Program-made: the position numbers and the translations under genes
Shown here: positions 63,308 to 64,000 of the stretch, in pieces
Layout of the letters: the number at the start of each line of letters is the position of its first letter
Numbering within the stretch: position 1 is the stretch's first letter
Origin: Octopus sinensis
Lineage: Eukaryota
Assembly: GCF_006345805.1 (NCBI RefSeq)
Contig: NC_042998.1
Location: 150,846,001 to 150,910,000 of the forward strand
Direction of reading: 5' to 3'
DNA length: 64,000 nucleotides
Notes under the pieces: model-generated
Database searches by the model: none
What the model was told of the DNA's origin: nothing
The model's input: only the letters and a program-made list of their open reading frames with translations

Positions 63308-63711
63308 ATGAACTTAAATGACGTGACACGAAACTTTTTCATATGATGTTATTCTGTGTTGTTTTATGCTTCGTGTCTAATCAAAGCCTCCCCTCTCTAT
63401 ATATTCCCTGTATTCCTCTTCTCTCTCTCTCCCCACATCCCCTTAATTTATTGTTTCACTCTATTGTTGTTGCTGTTATTGTTGTTATTGCTGTTGTTGT
63501 TCAATCCCATAATACAACATGGCGAAAATTTCGTTACTTCTTAATTACTGATTACATCACTTCAAAGGAACAGAAGTATATATGCATGTGTATATGAGTC
63601 TGTCAATAATAAATACATGCATACAATACTTTCATATATATATGAGTGCACATGTATGATACATACATATACATCATGTATATTTGTCTGTGTGTCTATG
63701 TATATAGATAC

Positions 63712-63758
<47 letters not shown>

Positions 63759-64000
63759 ATATACATACATATTATACATATAACTTTATCACATACATAC
63801 ACACATACTTTATATATATTTATGCATATATGTACGTATATATATATATACCTATATATTTGTGTGTGTGTGTGTGTGTGGTAGTGGTGTGTCTATGTAT
63901 ATACATATACATTCATATATATATATATATATGTATATACATGTTATATAAGTGTATGTGTATTTATGTATGCATATATATATACATGTATGAATATATA

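Overview
A 64-kb AT-rich, microsatellite-saturated eukaryotic intergenic or intronic window. Its repeat content (tRNA-derived SINEs with internal TA/TG tracts; RTE, CR1, Tx1, R4 and Penelope-like retroelements) resembles an octopus/cephalopod genome; this is an inference, not a database match. I can support no intact host protein-coding gene, rRNA, tRNA gene or CRISPR array. Nearly all long ORFs in the track are microsatellite translations. The real coding signal is decayed transposon sequence: an 11.4-kb LINE pile-up at 23.3-34.7 kb (a near-full-length Tx1/L1-clade element, an RTE ending in three C2H2 fingers with a CR1 nested inside it, and a second CR1), three further Tx1 fragments, R4/Dong-type fragments, two Penelope-like elements (Neptune-like and Naiad-like), a maT/mariner relic and several MITEs. 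The most notable observations are: (1) one SINE family shares a ~45-nt 3' tail with the Tx1 LINEs, and another shares its tail with a CR1; (2) a set of self-cleaving-ribozyme-like motifs, namely a complete hammerhead with an extended stem II in the Naiad-like element, several core-variant mini-hammerheads in non-coding repeats, and an HDV-like fold at the RTE 5' end; (3) LINEs embedded in the same microsatellite unit on both sides. Family names and fragment boundaries come from visual motif recognition and are approximate (tens of bp) unless a TSD or TIR is quoted.
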